Assembly: GCA_017469685.1 (NCBI GenBank)
Contig: JAFUFW010000055.1
Coordinates: forward strand, 40,044 to 104,043
DNA length: 64,000 nucleotides
Direction of reading: 5' to 3'
Source: Bacteroidaceae bacterium
Lineage (GTDB): Bacteria > Bacteroidota > Bacteroidia > Bacteroidales > Bacteroidaceae
Shown here: positions 12,114-20,504 of the stretch, piece after piece
Position numbering within the stretch: the stretch's first letter is position 1
Layout of the letters: each line of letters starts with the position of its first letter
The notes under the pieces: generated by a model
Seen by the model: only the letters and a program-made list of their open reading frames with translations
Database searches by the model: none
Told to the model about the DNA's origin: nothing
Translations under genes and position numbers: made by a program

Positions 12114-13814
12114 ATGACAGAAAAAAAGAAAAGGCAATGGCCGCTATGGGCCGTCGTTGGCCTTGTACTATTCCACATAATTCTGTTCGCAGCTACTGGC
12201 AAAGCCATCTTCGGCAGTTCTGCAAAAGTGCCATCATCGTTTACCGAGACCAACGACCTCCCCACCATCTATCCCGACTATGTCGGTGTCACAGTGCCTG
12301 CGAACATCGCTCCACTGCATTTCCACATCGACCACGACTCCGAAGCAACTGATTTCGTCACACGCCTCACCGCAGGTTCTGAGTCGTGGGCACTATCAGG
12401 CGATGATGTCCGCCCAGGACTAAAGAAATGGCACAAGATGGTCGACATGGCTCTCGCCGCCGAAGGCAATATCAACATTGAAGTTTTCATAAAGCGAGAA
12501 GATCGGTGGCTGCGTCAAAAGCCGTTCCAGATAACGGTCAGCACGGACAGCATCGACCCCTACATCTCCTATCGCCTCATCTCGCCCTCCTACGTCACCT
12601 ACGAGGACCTCACCCTCAATCAGCGATGCCTCGAGAACTTCGACGAAAGCCTCATCTATGGCAACATGATCAACTCCGATGAGGAAAACGGACAATGCAT
12701 CAACTGCCACCACGCTCAATGGTACAATCCCAACCGCGTACAGTTCCACGTACGCCAACATCTTGGAGGAACCGTTATCGCCTACGATGGCAAGGTCCAG
12801 AAAATTGACCTCAAGACGGATAGCACCATATCGGCAGGCGTCTATCCAACGTGGCACCCCACCAAGCCTTGGATAGTATATTCCACCAACAACACCGGAC
12901 AGAGCTTCCACACACGCGACGTAAAAAAGATCGAGGTTCAGGACACAAAGTCCAATCTCATCTTCTTCGACCTCGAGAGCAACACCGTCACGCCCATCAC
13001 CCGCGACACCACAGACTTCGATTGCTTCCCCTTCTGGAGTCCTGATGGTAAATACGTCTACTACGTAAGTGCTCATTGGGAGCGTCGCGACACCATCAAT
13101 ATGGATTTCGAGCTCATCCAAAACTACAAGGAAGTCCAGTATAACCTTTACCGGATTCCCTTTAACGAGAAAGACCAGACTTTCGGCCCACGCGAACTCA
13201 TCTACGACGCCGTTGCCCGCAACCGCAGCGTGACACTTCCACGTGTTTCTCCCGACGGCCGTTGGCTGATGTTCACTGAAGGACAGTTCGGAGTCTTCCA
13301 CATTTGGCACAATGATGCCGACCTATTCCTAATGGACCTCACCCAGGCCCAGCCTGTAGAGCCCACACACATCAATACCTACGACCGCCACAGGCTCTCA
13401 GAATATCTATTACCTCCTGATGCCAATAACCTACAGCGCGAAATCATCGCCGACAGCCTACGCGAAGAGCAGGGGCTGAGGACCCCACTCCCTGCTCACA
13501 TTCGCAACATCACAGAGATTAACTCGCCTGATGTCGAGAGCTACCATTCATGGTCGTCCAACGGTTGCTGGGTTATCTTCTCATCGCGCCGCGATGACGG
13601 CAATTTCACACGCCCCTTCATTGCTCACCACGACGGCAACGGACATTTCTCAAAGCCTTTTGAGCTGCCGCAGGACAACCCGCAGTACCATCGCCAGTTC
13701 ATGCGCAGCTACAACATTCCCGAGTTCCTCTTCGGGCCCGTAACCATACGGCCCCAGGAATTCGCCTCTGTCATCAAAAAAGACGCGACCAAAGCACAAC
13801 TCAAAATCAAATGA
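12114..13814 (+). CDS. PD40/TolB-like beta-propeller protein with a single CXXCH heme-c motif
   Basis: N-terminal TM/signal anchor. CINCH lies at nt 12696-12710. PD40-like repeats include FWSPDGKYVYYVS, RVSPDGRWLMFTE and WSSNGCWVIFSS. Confidence 0.7.
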   Translation: MTEKKKRQWPLWAVVGLVLFHIILFAATGKAIFGSSAKVPSSFTETNDLPTIYPDYVGVTVPANIAPLHFHIDHDSEATDFVTRLTAGSESWALSGDDVRPGLKKWHKMVDMALAAEGNINIEVFIKREDRWLRQKPFQITVSTDSIDPYISYRLISPSYVTYEDLTLNQRCLENFDESLIYGNMINSDEENGQCINCHHAQWYNPNRVQFHVRQHLGGTVIAYDGKVQKIDLKTDSTISAGVYPTWHPTKPWIVYSTNNTGQSFHTRDVKKIEVQDTKSNLIFFDLESNTVTPITRDTTDFDCFPFWSPDGKYVYYVSAHWERRDTINMDFELIQNYKEVQYNLYRIPFNEKDQTFGPRELIYDAVARNRSVTLPRVSPDGRWLMFTEGQFGVFHIWHNDADLFLMDLTQAQPVEPTHINTYDRHRLSEYLLPPDANNLQREIIADSLREEQGLRTPLPAHIRNITEINSPDVESYHSWSSNGCWVIFSSRRDDGNFTRPFIAHHDGNGHFSKPFELPQDNPQYHRQFMRSYNIPEFLFGPVTIRPQEFASVIKKDATKAQLKIK

Positions 13815-16093
13815 AGATGAAGAAGTCAGTATTATTTATCATTTATAATATATTATTTATTATTTCGGCAGTAGCCCAAGGCACCATCGACGACTACAAC
13901 CGTGCCTACTCTGCCTCCCGAACCTTCACTTGGGCTAAGGTCAAGAACTACGTCGACGACGCACGCTGGCTCCCCGACGGTCGTTTCCAGTACCACCTCA
14001 CCGACGGCGCCAGTGGCACATGGCATTTCGGCCAAGTCAACCCCGACGGCAGCATCACCCTCGCCGACAGTACCGCCGACCGTCCCATCGAAACGCCTAA
14101 CAATGATACGTTTCGCTCGCGACGCTTCACCCGCCGCGACCAAGGCCAGGGAGCCGTACGCTTCATTGCCAACCCATCAAAGCGCCGGCAGGAGCGCCAC
14201 TGGATGGAAACCGACGATGAGCGCGGCGCTGACCCAGTCTTCTCGCCCGACTCGTCACTCGTTGCCTTCATCCGCAACGACAACGTCTACATAGCACGCC
14301 CCGACGGCAGCAATGCCCGAGCCCTCAGCACCGAAGGCACCATCAGTCATTACTTCAGCAGCTATATCTCATGGAGTCCCGACGGCCGCTACGTGGCTGT
14401 CAACCGCATACGTCCCATCGACAAACGCTATGTCTATTATGTCGAGTCCTCACCCGCCGACCAGCTGCAGCCCATTCTCCACAAGCAGGAATATGCCAAG
14501 CCAGGCGACGAACTTGCACAGAAGACGCCCTACATTTTCGAAGTAGCCACCGGCCGTGCCATAACTCCCTCTCCCGACCTCATCGTCAACCAGTACGACC
14601 TCTCCCGACTCGAATGGTGCAACGACTCCCACGCCATTCGTTTCGAATACAACCAGCGCGGCCACCACCTCTACCGCGTCTACGAGATGGCCGTCCAAGG
14701 CGATGTCCGCACACTCATCGAGGAGCGCGAGGAGAAATACGTCCGCTACTCCAATAACTACCGTCGCGACCTCTGCGGAGACAGCCTTATCCTCTGGCTC
14801 TCTGAACGTGACGGTTTCCCACACCTCTACCTCTTCAACACCACAGTCTCCACCGCCAAAAAAGCATCCAAACGTCCCGCCCGAGGCAGTTTCCCCACCT
14901 CGTTTAAAGCCTCCGCCACAGAGTGCCCCTCTTTTCAGCTCACCTCCGGTTCCTGGTGCGTCCGCCGCGTCGTCCACATTGACGAGGAGAAAGGCTTCCT
15001 CATCTTCACCGCCAACGGACGTGGAGCCGCAATGGATTGCGCCTCTCTCGACGCCAAGCCCGAAGATCCCTACAACATACATTACTTCCGCGTAGGCCTC
15101 GACGGCAAAGGCCTTGTAGACCTCACTCCAGAGGACGGCAACCACAACGCACGCTTCAACGAGGACTACAGCGCCCTCATCGACACCTATTCCACTCAGG
15201 ACACGCCCCCCACGACCGTGGTTCGTTCTTTAAGCGGTAATTCCATTTCCGCCAAAACCCTCGCTACAGCAGACATCACCGACCTCCTCTCCGCAGGCTG
15301 GACCTCTCCCGAGATATTCGTTGCCCCTGGCCGCGACGGCGTTACCCCCATGTGGGGAATCATCCAGCGCCCCACACACTTCGACCCTACCCGCAAGTAC
15401 CCCGTCATAGAATACATCTATGCCGGCCCCGGCGACAGCTATACCCCCAAGTCCTTCCAGCCCTTCAACTACTACACCACCGCCCTTGCCGAGCTCGGTT
15501 TCATCGTCGTTCAGCTCGACGCCATGGGCACCAGCAACCGTGGCAAGAAGTTTGAAGAGGTCTGCTACAAAAATCTGAAGGACGCAGGTTTCCCCGACCG
15601 CATCGCATGGATGAAGGCCGCTGCTGCCAAATATCCATATATGGACATCGACCGCGTAGGCATCTATGGTTGCTCTGCCGGCGGCCAGGAAAGTACTGCG
15701 GCCGTCCTCTTCCACGGCGATTTCTACAAAGCCGCCTACAGCGCCTGCGGCTGCCACGACAACCGCATGGACAAGATCTGGTGGAACGAGCAATGGATGT
15801 CCTATCCTGTCGACTCATCATATATCAAGTGCTCTAATCTCGAGAATGCCTACCGCCTCGAGCGTCCTCTGATGCTCGTCGTCGGTGAGCTCGACGACAA
15901 TGTCGACCCCGCCAGCACGATGCAAGTCGCCAACGCCCTCATCAAGGCCAACAAACCTTTCGAGCTCGTCGTCATCCCCGGCGCTCACCACACCGTCGGC
16001 GAAGCCTATGGCGAACACAAGCGCTACGACTTCTTCGTCAAGCACCTTTTTGATGTCAATCCACCCGCCTGGAACGAGGTGAAGACCAAATAA
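13811..16093 (+). CDS. S9-family serine peptidase (DPP-IV-like N-terminal propeller plus prolyl-oligopeptidase catalytic domain)
   Basis: ATGA start/stop overlap with the upstream gene. Nucleophile elbow GIYGCSAGGQ. Candidate Asp is in VGELDDNVD and candidate His in PGAHHTV. An N-terminal signal peptide is present. Confidence 0.85.
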   Translation: MKMKKSVLFIIYNILFIISAVAQGTIDDYNRAYSASRTFTWAKVKNYVDDARWLPDGRFQYHLTDGASGTWHFGQVNPDGSITLADSTADRPIETPNNDTFRSRRFTRRDQGQGAVRFIANPSKRRQERHWMETDDERGADPVFSPDSSLVAFIRNDNVYIARPDGSNARALSTEGTISHYFSSYISWSPDGRYVAVNRIRPIDKRYVYYVESSPADQLQPILHKQEYAKPGDELAQKTPYIFEVATGRAITPSPDLIVNQYDLSRLEWCNDSHAIRFEYNQRGHHLYRVYEMAVQGDVRTLIEEREEKYVRYSNNYRRDLCGDSLILWLSERDGFPHLYLFNTTVSTAKKASKRPARGSFPTSFKASATECPSFQLTSGSWCVRRVVHIDEEKGFLIFTANGRGAAMDCASLDAKPEDPYNIHYFRVGLDGKGLVDLTPEDGNHNARFNEDYSALIDTYSTQDTPPTTVVRSLSGNSISAKTLATADITDLLSAGWTSPEIFVAPGRDGVTPMWGIIQRPTHFDPTRKYPVIEYIYAGPGDSYTPKSFQPFNYYTTALAELGFIVVQLDAMGTSNRGKKFEEVCYKNLKDAGFPDRIAWMKAAAAKYPYMDIDRVGIYGCSAGGQESTAAVLFHGDFYKAAYSACGCHDNRMDKIWWNEQWMSYPVDSSYIKCSNLENAYRLERPLMLVVGELDDNVDPASTMQVANALIKANKPFELVVIPGAHHTVGEAYGEHKRYDFFVKHLFDVNPPAWNEVKTK
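13830..13865 (+). repeat. solo copy of an AT-rich repeat (same family as 17197-17230 and 17591-17628)
   Basis: tattatttatcatttataatatattatttattattt encodes LFIIYNILFII of the signal peptide. By my hand alignment it matches the 17.6 kb copy at 33 of 39 nt. Confidence 0.5.
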
Positions 16094-16099
16094 TAGAAA

Positions 16100-17209
16100 A
16101 TGGAACCAATCCTCACAGAACAACAAATAGCCCTCTGGCACTCTCTCATCGCAGCAGCCCGACACATCGTCATCACCTGCCACCGCGGCCCCGATGGCGA
16201 TGCCATAGGCTCCGCCACGGCCCTCTCATCATGGCTTCAGCGCCACTATCCCGAAGCAGACATCCACATCATTGCCCCAAATATCTTCCCCGACTTCCTG
16301 AAATGGATTCCAGAAGCCGAAGATATTCTCATCTATGATAAACACGAGGACGAGGTAAATCCCATCATCGAAGCTGCCGACCTCGTCATCATGTGCGACC
16401 ATGGCGAGCTCAAACGTATGGCCACCCTGGGTGATGCCATTCGCCCTCTCCTACCCTCCGGCGGAGCACCTGAAGGCCGCACCCGCTGCATAATGATTGA
16501 CCACCATCTCGACCCAGAGCCTGGCATCGCCGATCTGGTCATTTCTCATCCCGACCTCTCTTCCACTTGCGAGGTACTGATGCGAGTGATGATGGAGACC
16601 TCCCCTCTCTCTCACAGGGAGAAGCTTGTTGGGGGGGCTGGCCTCCTCACCCAATCTGAAGCCACATCCCTCTACACAGGCATGATGACCGACACCGGAG
16701 CCTTCACCTACGCCAGCAACCGCCCCGAAATCTTCGAGCTCATCAGCATTCTCCTCCAATACGGCATCGACAAGGACAAGATCTACCGCAACGTCTTCTT
16801 CACCTACAGCCACAACCGCATGAAGCTCATGGGCTACATGCTCTACGTGAAGCTCGATGTTTGGAAGAAAGCCCACACCTCTGTCATGACGTTCACCAAC
16901 GCCGAGCGCCGTCGCTTCGGCATACTCAACGGCGACACCGAGGGCCTCGTCAACCTCCCACTTCAGATTCTCGGCATGAAGCTTTCCGTCTTCCTGCGCG
17001 AGGACACCGAGCACCCTTGCATCCGCGTCAGCCTCCGCTCCGTCGACGACTTCCCCTGCAACGAGATGGCAGCCGAGTTCTTCGGCGGCGGCGGTCACAA
17101 GAACGCTGCCGGCGGCGAGGTTTGGGGAACCATGGACGATGCCCTCGCCCTCGTAAAGAAAGCCGTACAGAAATATATGCCGCTCCTGAAGGAGGGAGAT
17201 AATAAATAA
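16100..17209 (+). CDS. DHH-family phosphoesterase (NrnA-like oligoribonuclease/pAp phosphatase)
   Basis: Motifs HRGPDGDAIGS, IMIDHHLD, MMTDTGAFTY and GGGGHKNAAGG (DHHA1). Confidence 0.85.
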   Translation: MEPILTEQQIALWHSLIAAARHIVITCHRGPDGDAIGSATALSSWLQRHYPEADIHIIAPNIFPDFLKWIPEAEDILIYDKHEDEVNPIIEAADLVIMCDHGELKRMATLGDAIRPLLPSGGAPEGRTRCIMIDHHLDPEPGIADLVISHPDLSSTCEVLMRVMMETSPLSHREKLVGGAGLLTQSEATSLYTGMMTDTGAFTYASNRPEIFELISILLQYGIDKDKIYRNVFFTYSHNRMKLMGYMLYVKLDVWKKAHTSVMTFTNAERRRFGILNGDTEGLVNLPLQILGMKLSVFLREDTEHPCIRVSLRSVDDFPCNEMAAEFFGGGGHKNAAGGEVWGTMDDALALVKKAVQKYMPLLKEGDNK

Positions 17210-17230
17210 TAAATGATAAATAATAACATA
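17197..17230. repeat. left inverted-repeat arm flanking the four-helix-bundle gene
   Basis: The reverse complement of agataataaataataaatgataaataataac matches 17591-17621 at 28 of 31 nt by hand. The arm contains the DHH gene's tandem stops and the ATG at 17213. Confidence 0.55.
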
Positions 17231-17569
17231 CTTGCTGAAAAGAGCACTAACTTTGGTGTAAGGATGGTGCACTGTCATCAGTTCTTGACAAGGGAAAAGA
17301 AAGAGTATGTTCTTTCAAAACAGATATATCGCAGCGGAACTAGCATTGGAGCCAACATACATGAAGGAGTTTTTGCACAAAGCAAAGCTGATTTCATATC
17401 CAAGTTGGGAATAGCCTTAAAAGAAGCTGGAGAAACTGCATATTGGCTAAAATTATTATTTCGTTCAAATTACCTTGATGAACATCTCTATAACTCGCTT
17501 CATACTGACTGCGAAGAACTCATAAAAATATTAACTGCAACTATCAAATCCTCAAAAGAAAACCTATAG
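17213..17569 (+). CDS. four-helix-bundle protein (23S rRNA intervening-sequence protein / Avd-like family)
   Basis: Diagnostic core EYVLSKQIYRSGTSIGANIHEG...KADFISKLGIALKEAGETAYWLKLL. The gene is visibly AT-rich relative to its neighbours. Confidence 0.85.
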   Translation: MINNNILAEKSTNFGVRMVHCHQFLTREKKEYVLSKQIYRSGTSIGANIHEGVFAQSKADFISKLGIALKEAGETAYWLKLLFRSNYLDEHLYNSLHTDCEELIKILTATIKSSKENL

Positions 17570-17573
17570 CACT

Positions 17574-20120
17574 ATGAAACCATCATCGAAGTTATTATTT
17601 ATTATCTATTATTTATTATTTATCATTTCAGCACCAGTTTCAGCCTCCACCGATGATGCCGCCGCTGTCCTCAACCAAATCATCAAGGTCAACAACTACT
17701 GGCAGGCTCACAACACCCCCTACGTCCGCTCCTTCTGGGACCACGCCGCCTACCACACCGGCAACATGGAAGCCTACCACCTCACCGGCCGTGCCGACTG
17801 GTACGCCTACACCGACAAGTGGTGCCGCCACAACGAGTGGAAAGGTGCCAAGAGCGACGACCGCAAGAATTGGAAGTACAAAACCTACGGCGAAGGGCAG
17901 GATTTCGTTCTCTTCGGCGACTGGCAGATTTGCTTCCAGACATATATAGATATGTACAACCTCGTGCCCGCACCCTACAAGGTGGCCCGCGCCATCGAGG
18001 TGATGAGCCACGAATGCTCCATGGAGGACACCCACTTCTGGTGGTGGGCCGATGCCCTCTACATGGTCATGCCCGTCATGACGAAGATGTACAAGCTCAC
18101 CGGCGAGGTGAAATATCTCGATAAGCTCTACGAGAACTTCCTCTGGAGCGACAGCCTCATGTACGACCCCGACGAACAGCTCTACTACCGCGATGCCAAG
18201 TACATCTACCCCAAGGTGAAGACTGCCTGCGACGACGGCAAGAGCTTCTGGGCACGCGGCGACGGCTGGGTGCTGGCCGGTCTGGCCAAGGTGCTGGCCG
18301 ACATGCCGCAGGACTACAAGAACCGCACCATCTTCGTGCAGCGCTTCCGTGAGCTCGCCGAGGGCGTAGCCCGCGTGCAGCGCCCCGATGGCTACTGGAG
18401 CCGCTCCATGCTCTGCGAGGATGATGCTCCAGGCCCCGAGACCTCCGGCACTGCCTTCTTCACCTATGGTATGCTCTGGGGTGTCAACCACGGCTATCTC
18501 GACCGCGACCGCTTCCTGCCCGTCATCCATAAAGCTTGGAAGTACCTCAGCGAGACAGCCCTGCAACCCGACGGCAGCATCGGCTTCGTGCAGCCCATCG
18601 GCGAGAAGCCCGACCCCACCAAGACCGTTGACGCCCACTCCCAAGCCCCCTTTGGCACGGGTGCATGGCTCCTTGCTGCCTGCGAGATGGTCCGTTTCCT
18701 CGATGCCGATCCGCTCGTCCCCGCTCCCAACCCCGATGCCATTACCAACTCCATCTACCACCACACCCCTGGCACCCCAACCGTCAGCGGCCCCGTAGGC
18801 GGCGGTTCGTCCGTCGCCATCGCTCCCTCTGGCTCCCCCACCGCTGCTGACCCTCGCCTCCGCCATACTGGCCACAAGAGCTTGGGCAGCTATGAAATCA
18901 AGAACCCCACGGCCGACAACATCGCCCAAGTCGTGGAAATCACCACAATCGAAGCCCTCCGCAAGGCAGGCATCGCCGTTGCCCGAGAGTTCTTCTTCCT
19001 CGACGGCGACCGCAACGAAGTGCCCTACCAGATTACCCACGACGGCCGCGTGCTCGTCTTCTGCAGCGTGCGCCCCCATAGCAGCATCATCCTCACAATG
19101 TACAAAGGTCAGCCCCTCGACTATGAACTCACCGCCAACGGACGCATCTACCCCAACCGCTGGGACGACCTCGTATGGGAGAACGACCGCGGCGCTTGGC
19201 GTTTCTATGGTCCTGGTGCCCACAAGAATATGAAAAACAACGCCTACGGATTCGACACCTTCGTCAAGAACACCCCCCACCCCATCCAGGACCAGCTCTA
19301 CCACAACGAACTCACCTCCTACGGCGTCAACGAGCGCATCAAGCGCGACAAGAGCTCACTCAACTGGAACGAAGTGCACCGCGGCTACACCTACCACCGC
19401 AACCACGGCGCAGGCATGGATGCCTACACCGTCGGTGCCACTCTCGGAGCCGGTGCAGCAGCACTCATAGCCCCCTCAACGCTAAACGCGAAACGCTCAA
19501 CTCCAGATCTATTATATCCTCTCTATTACGAGACTGCAGAAATTCTCGACAACGGTCCCCTCCGCTTCACCGTCCGTATGACTATGCCCGCCCGCCCATC
19601 GACAGCGCTCGGCGGTTCTGTCGCCGAGTCCCCCGCCGACTCTATCCGCGAAGTCCGCCTCATCACCCAGGACTGCGGCAGTCACTTTGCCCGTGTCGAA
19701 GTCACCTACGAGGGTCTCGAACATCCCACCCCCGTCTGTGCCGGCATTGTGGTTCATGAGAGCAACCCAGACGGCTACGTCCTCAACCAGAAAGAAGGCT
19801 TCGTCACCTACGCCGAGGCCCTCGACCATCCTGAGACCATGAACGGCGAGCACTACCTCGGAATCTTCATGCCGCAGATACAAGAGAAGAAGAAAAAAGA
19901 GAAAACCGAGGTGAAATATATCCCTCTCACCGAAAAGCGTGCTGGCGGCATCGGTCACGCCATCATCCAGACCACCTACACCCCTGGCCAACCCTTCGTC
20001 TACTATACCGGCAGCGCCTGGAGCCTCTATGACGTTCCCACCCACGCCATCTGGCAGCAGACCCTCCGCCACGAAGCCAGCATCCTGCAGCACGGCCTCC
20101 AGGTGACTATTGATGATTAA
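17574..20120 (+). CDS. GH88/GH105-family unsaturated glycuronyl hydrolase fused to a DUF4861-like C-terminal domain
   Basis: The N-terminal half carries FWWWADALYMVMPVM and FWARGDGWVLAGLAKVL, typical of PF07470-type hydrolases. The C-terminal half carries WENDRGAWRFYGPG...GFDTFVKN...GAGMDAYTVGATLGAGA, which resembles DUF4861. Confidence 0.75.
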   Translation: MKPSSKLLFIIYYLLFIISAPVSASTDDAAAVLNQIIKVNNYWQAHNTPYVRSFWDHAAYHTGNMEAYHLTGRADWYAYTDKWCRHNEWKGAKSDDRKNWKYKTYGEGQDFVLFGDWQICFQTYIDMYNLVPAPYKVARAIEVMSHECSMEDTHFWWWADALYMVMPVMTKMYKLTGEVKYLDKLYENFLWSDSLMYDPDEQLYYRDAKYIYPKVKTACDDGKSFWARGDGWVLAGLAKVLADMPQDYKNRTIFVQRFRELAEGVARVQRPDGYWSRSMLCEDDAPGPETSGTAFFTYGMLWGVNHGYLDRDRFLPVIHKAWKYLSETALQPDGSIGFVQPIGEKPDPTKTVDAHSQAPFGTGAWLLAACEMVRFLDADPLVPAPNPDAITNSIYHHTPGTPTVSGPVGGGSSVAIAPSGSPTAADPRLRHTGHKSLGSYEIKNPTADNIAQVVEITTIEALRKAGIAVAREFFFLDGDRNEVPYQITHDGRVLVFCSVRPHSSIILTMYKGQPLDYELTANGRIYPNRWDDLVWENDRGAWRFYGPGAHKNMKNNAYGFDTFVKNTPHPIQDQLYHNELTSYGVNERIKRDKSSLNWNEVHRGYTYHRNHGAGMDAYTVGATLGAGAAALIAPSTLNAKRSTPDLLYPLYYETAEILDNGPLRFTVRMTMPARPSTALGGSVAESPADSIREVRLITQDCGSHFARVEVTYEGLEHPTPVCAGIVVHESNPDGYVLNQKEGFVTYAEALDHPETMNGEHYLGIFMPQIQEKKKKEKTEVKYIPLTEKRAGGIGHAIIQTTYTPGQPFVYYTGSAWSLYDVPTHAIWQQTLRHEASILQHGLQVTIDD
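17591..17628. repeat. right inverted-repeat arm flanking the four-helix-bundle gene
   Basis: gttattatttattatctattatttattatttatcattt lies inside the GH88/105 gene and encodes LLFIIYYLLFIIS. Confidence 0.55.
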
Positions 20121-20203
20121 ATAATAAGTAGGTAGTCATCATTTATCATCGGAAAAGATCGTTTTCACTTGGCCGGGTCAACAAATTCGCCTTCCTTTGT
20201 GGC

Positions 20204-20385
20204 ATGAAACGCTGGCTCACTCTCCTCCTGCTTGTTTTGGCCATAACCGCCTACGCTGTGTTCCAGTTCAAAGGCGAATTTCCCTTTACCTATCCCATTC
20301 CGCTCGGGGAAGATACGTTAACCATGACGGTTCCATCACCATCGCCAACGTGACCGCCCTCGTGAACATCATCCTCGGGAAATAG
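20204..20385 (+). pseudogene. small secreted dockerin-repeat-like gene, apparently frameshifted
   Basis: The ATG at 20204 gives signal peptide MKRWLTLLLLVLAITAYA and stops at 20351-20353. A different frame encodes the Ca-loop/helix-like VNHDGSITIANVTALVNIILGK, ending at 20385. Confidence 0.3.
20316..20372 (+). repeat. 57-bp direct repeat, copy 1
   Basis: cgttaaccatgacggttccatcaccatcgccaacgtgaccgccctcgtgaacatcat matches 21398-21454 at 54 of 57 nt by hand count. Confidence 0.85.
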
Positions 20386-20404
20386 ACTACCATTCCACAA
20401 ACGC

Positions 20405-20452
20405 CTCCGCCGCCAGCAGCCTCATTATCGTGAGGAGTTGCTGGCGGCGGAG
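20405..20452 (-). terminator. strong GC-rich hairpin downstream of the HEPN gene (terminator candidate)
   Basis: The 14-bp perfect outer stem ctccgccgccagca / tgctggcggcggag is extended by the inner stem cctca/tgagg. Only a weak T-tract follows on the minus strand. Confidence 0.4.
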
Positions 20453-20504
20453 TGGGTTGTGTGGGTTAAAGGGTTAAAGTGACAGCCTTGATTGGCCAAT
20501 AACT

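Noticed and set aside
17640-19304. 554-aa ORF antisense to the GH88/105-DUF4861 gene. Similar long antisense ORFs occur at 12420-13310, 14450-15145, 16451-17278, 2420-3202, 6757-7521 and 57517-58359.
   Set aside because: Each lies opposite a gene with clear family motifs. Their translations are Val/Gly/Ala/Asp-rich in the manner of the reverse strand of GC3-rich coding sequence, and I recognise no motifs in them.
20120-20150. Possible fourth, degenerate copy of the AT-rich repeat just after the GH88/105 stop (ttaaataataagtagg...catcatttatcatc).
   Set aside because: Only short, interrupted matches in low-complexity sequence; this cannot be distinguished from chance.
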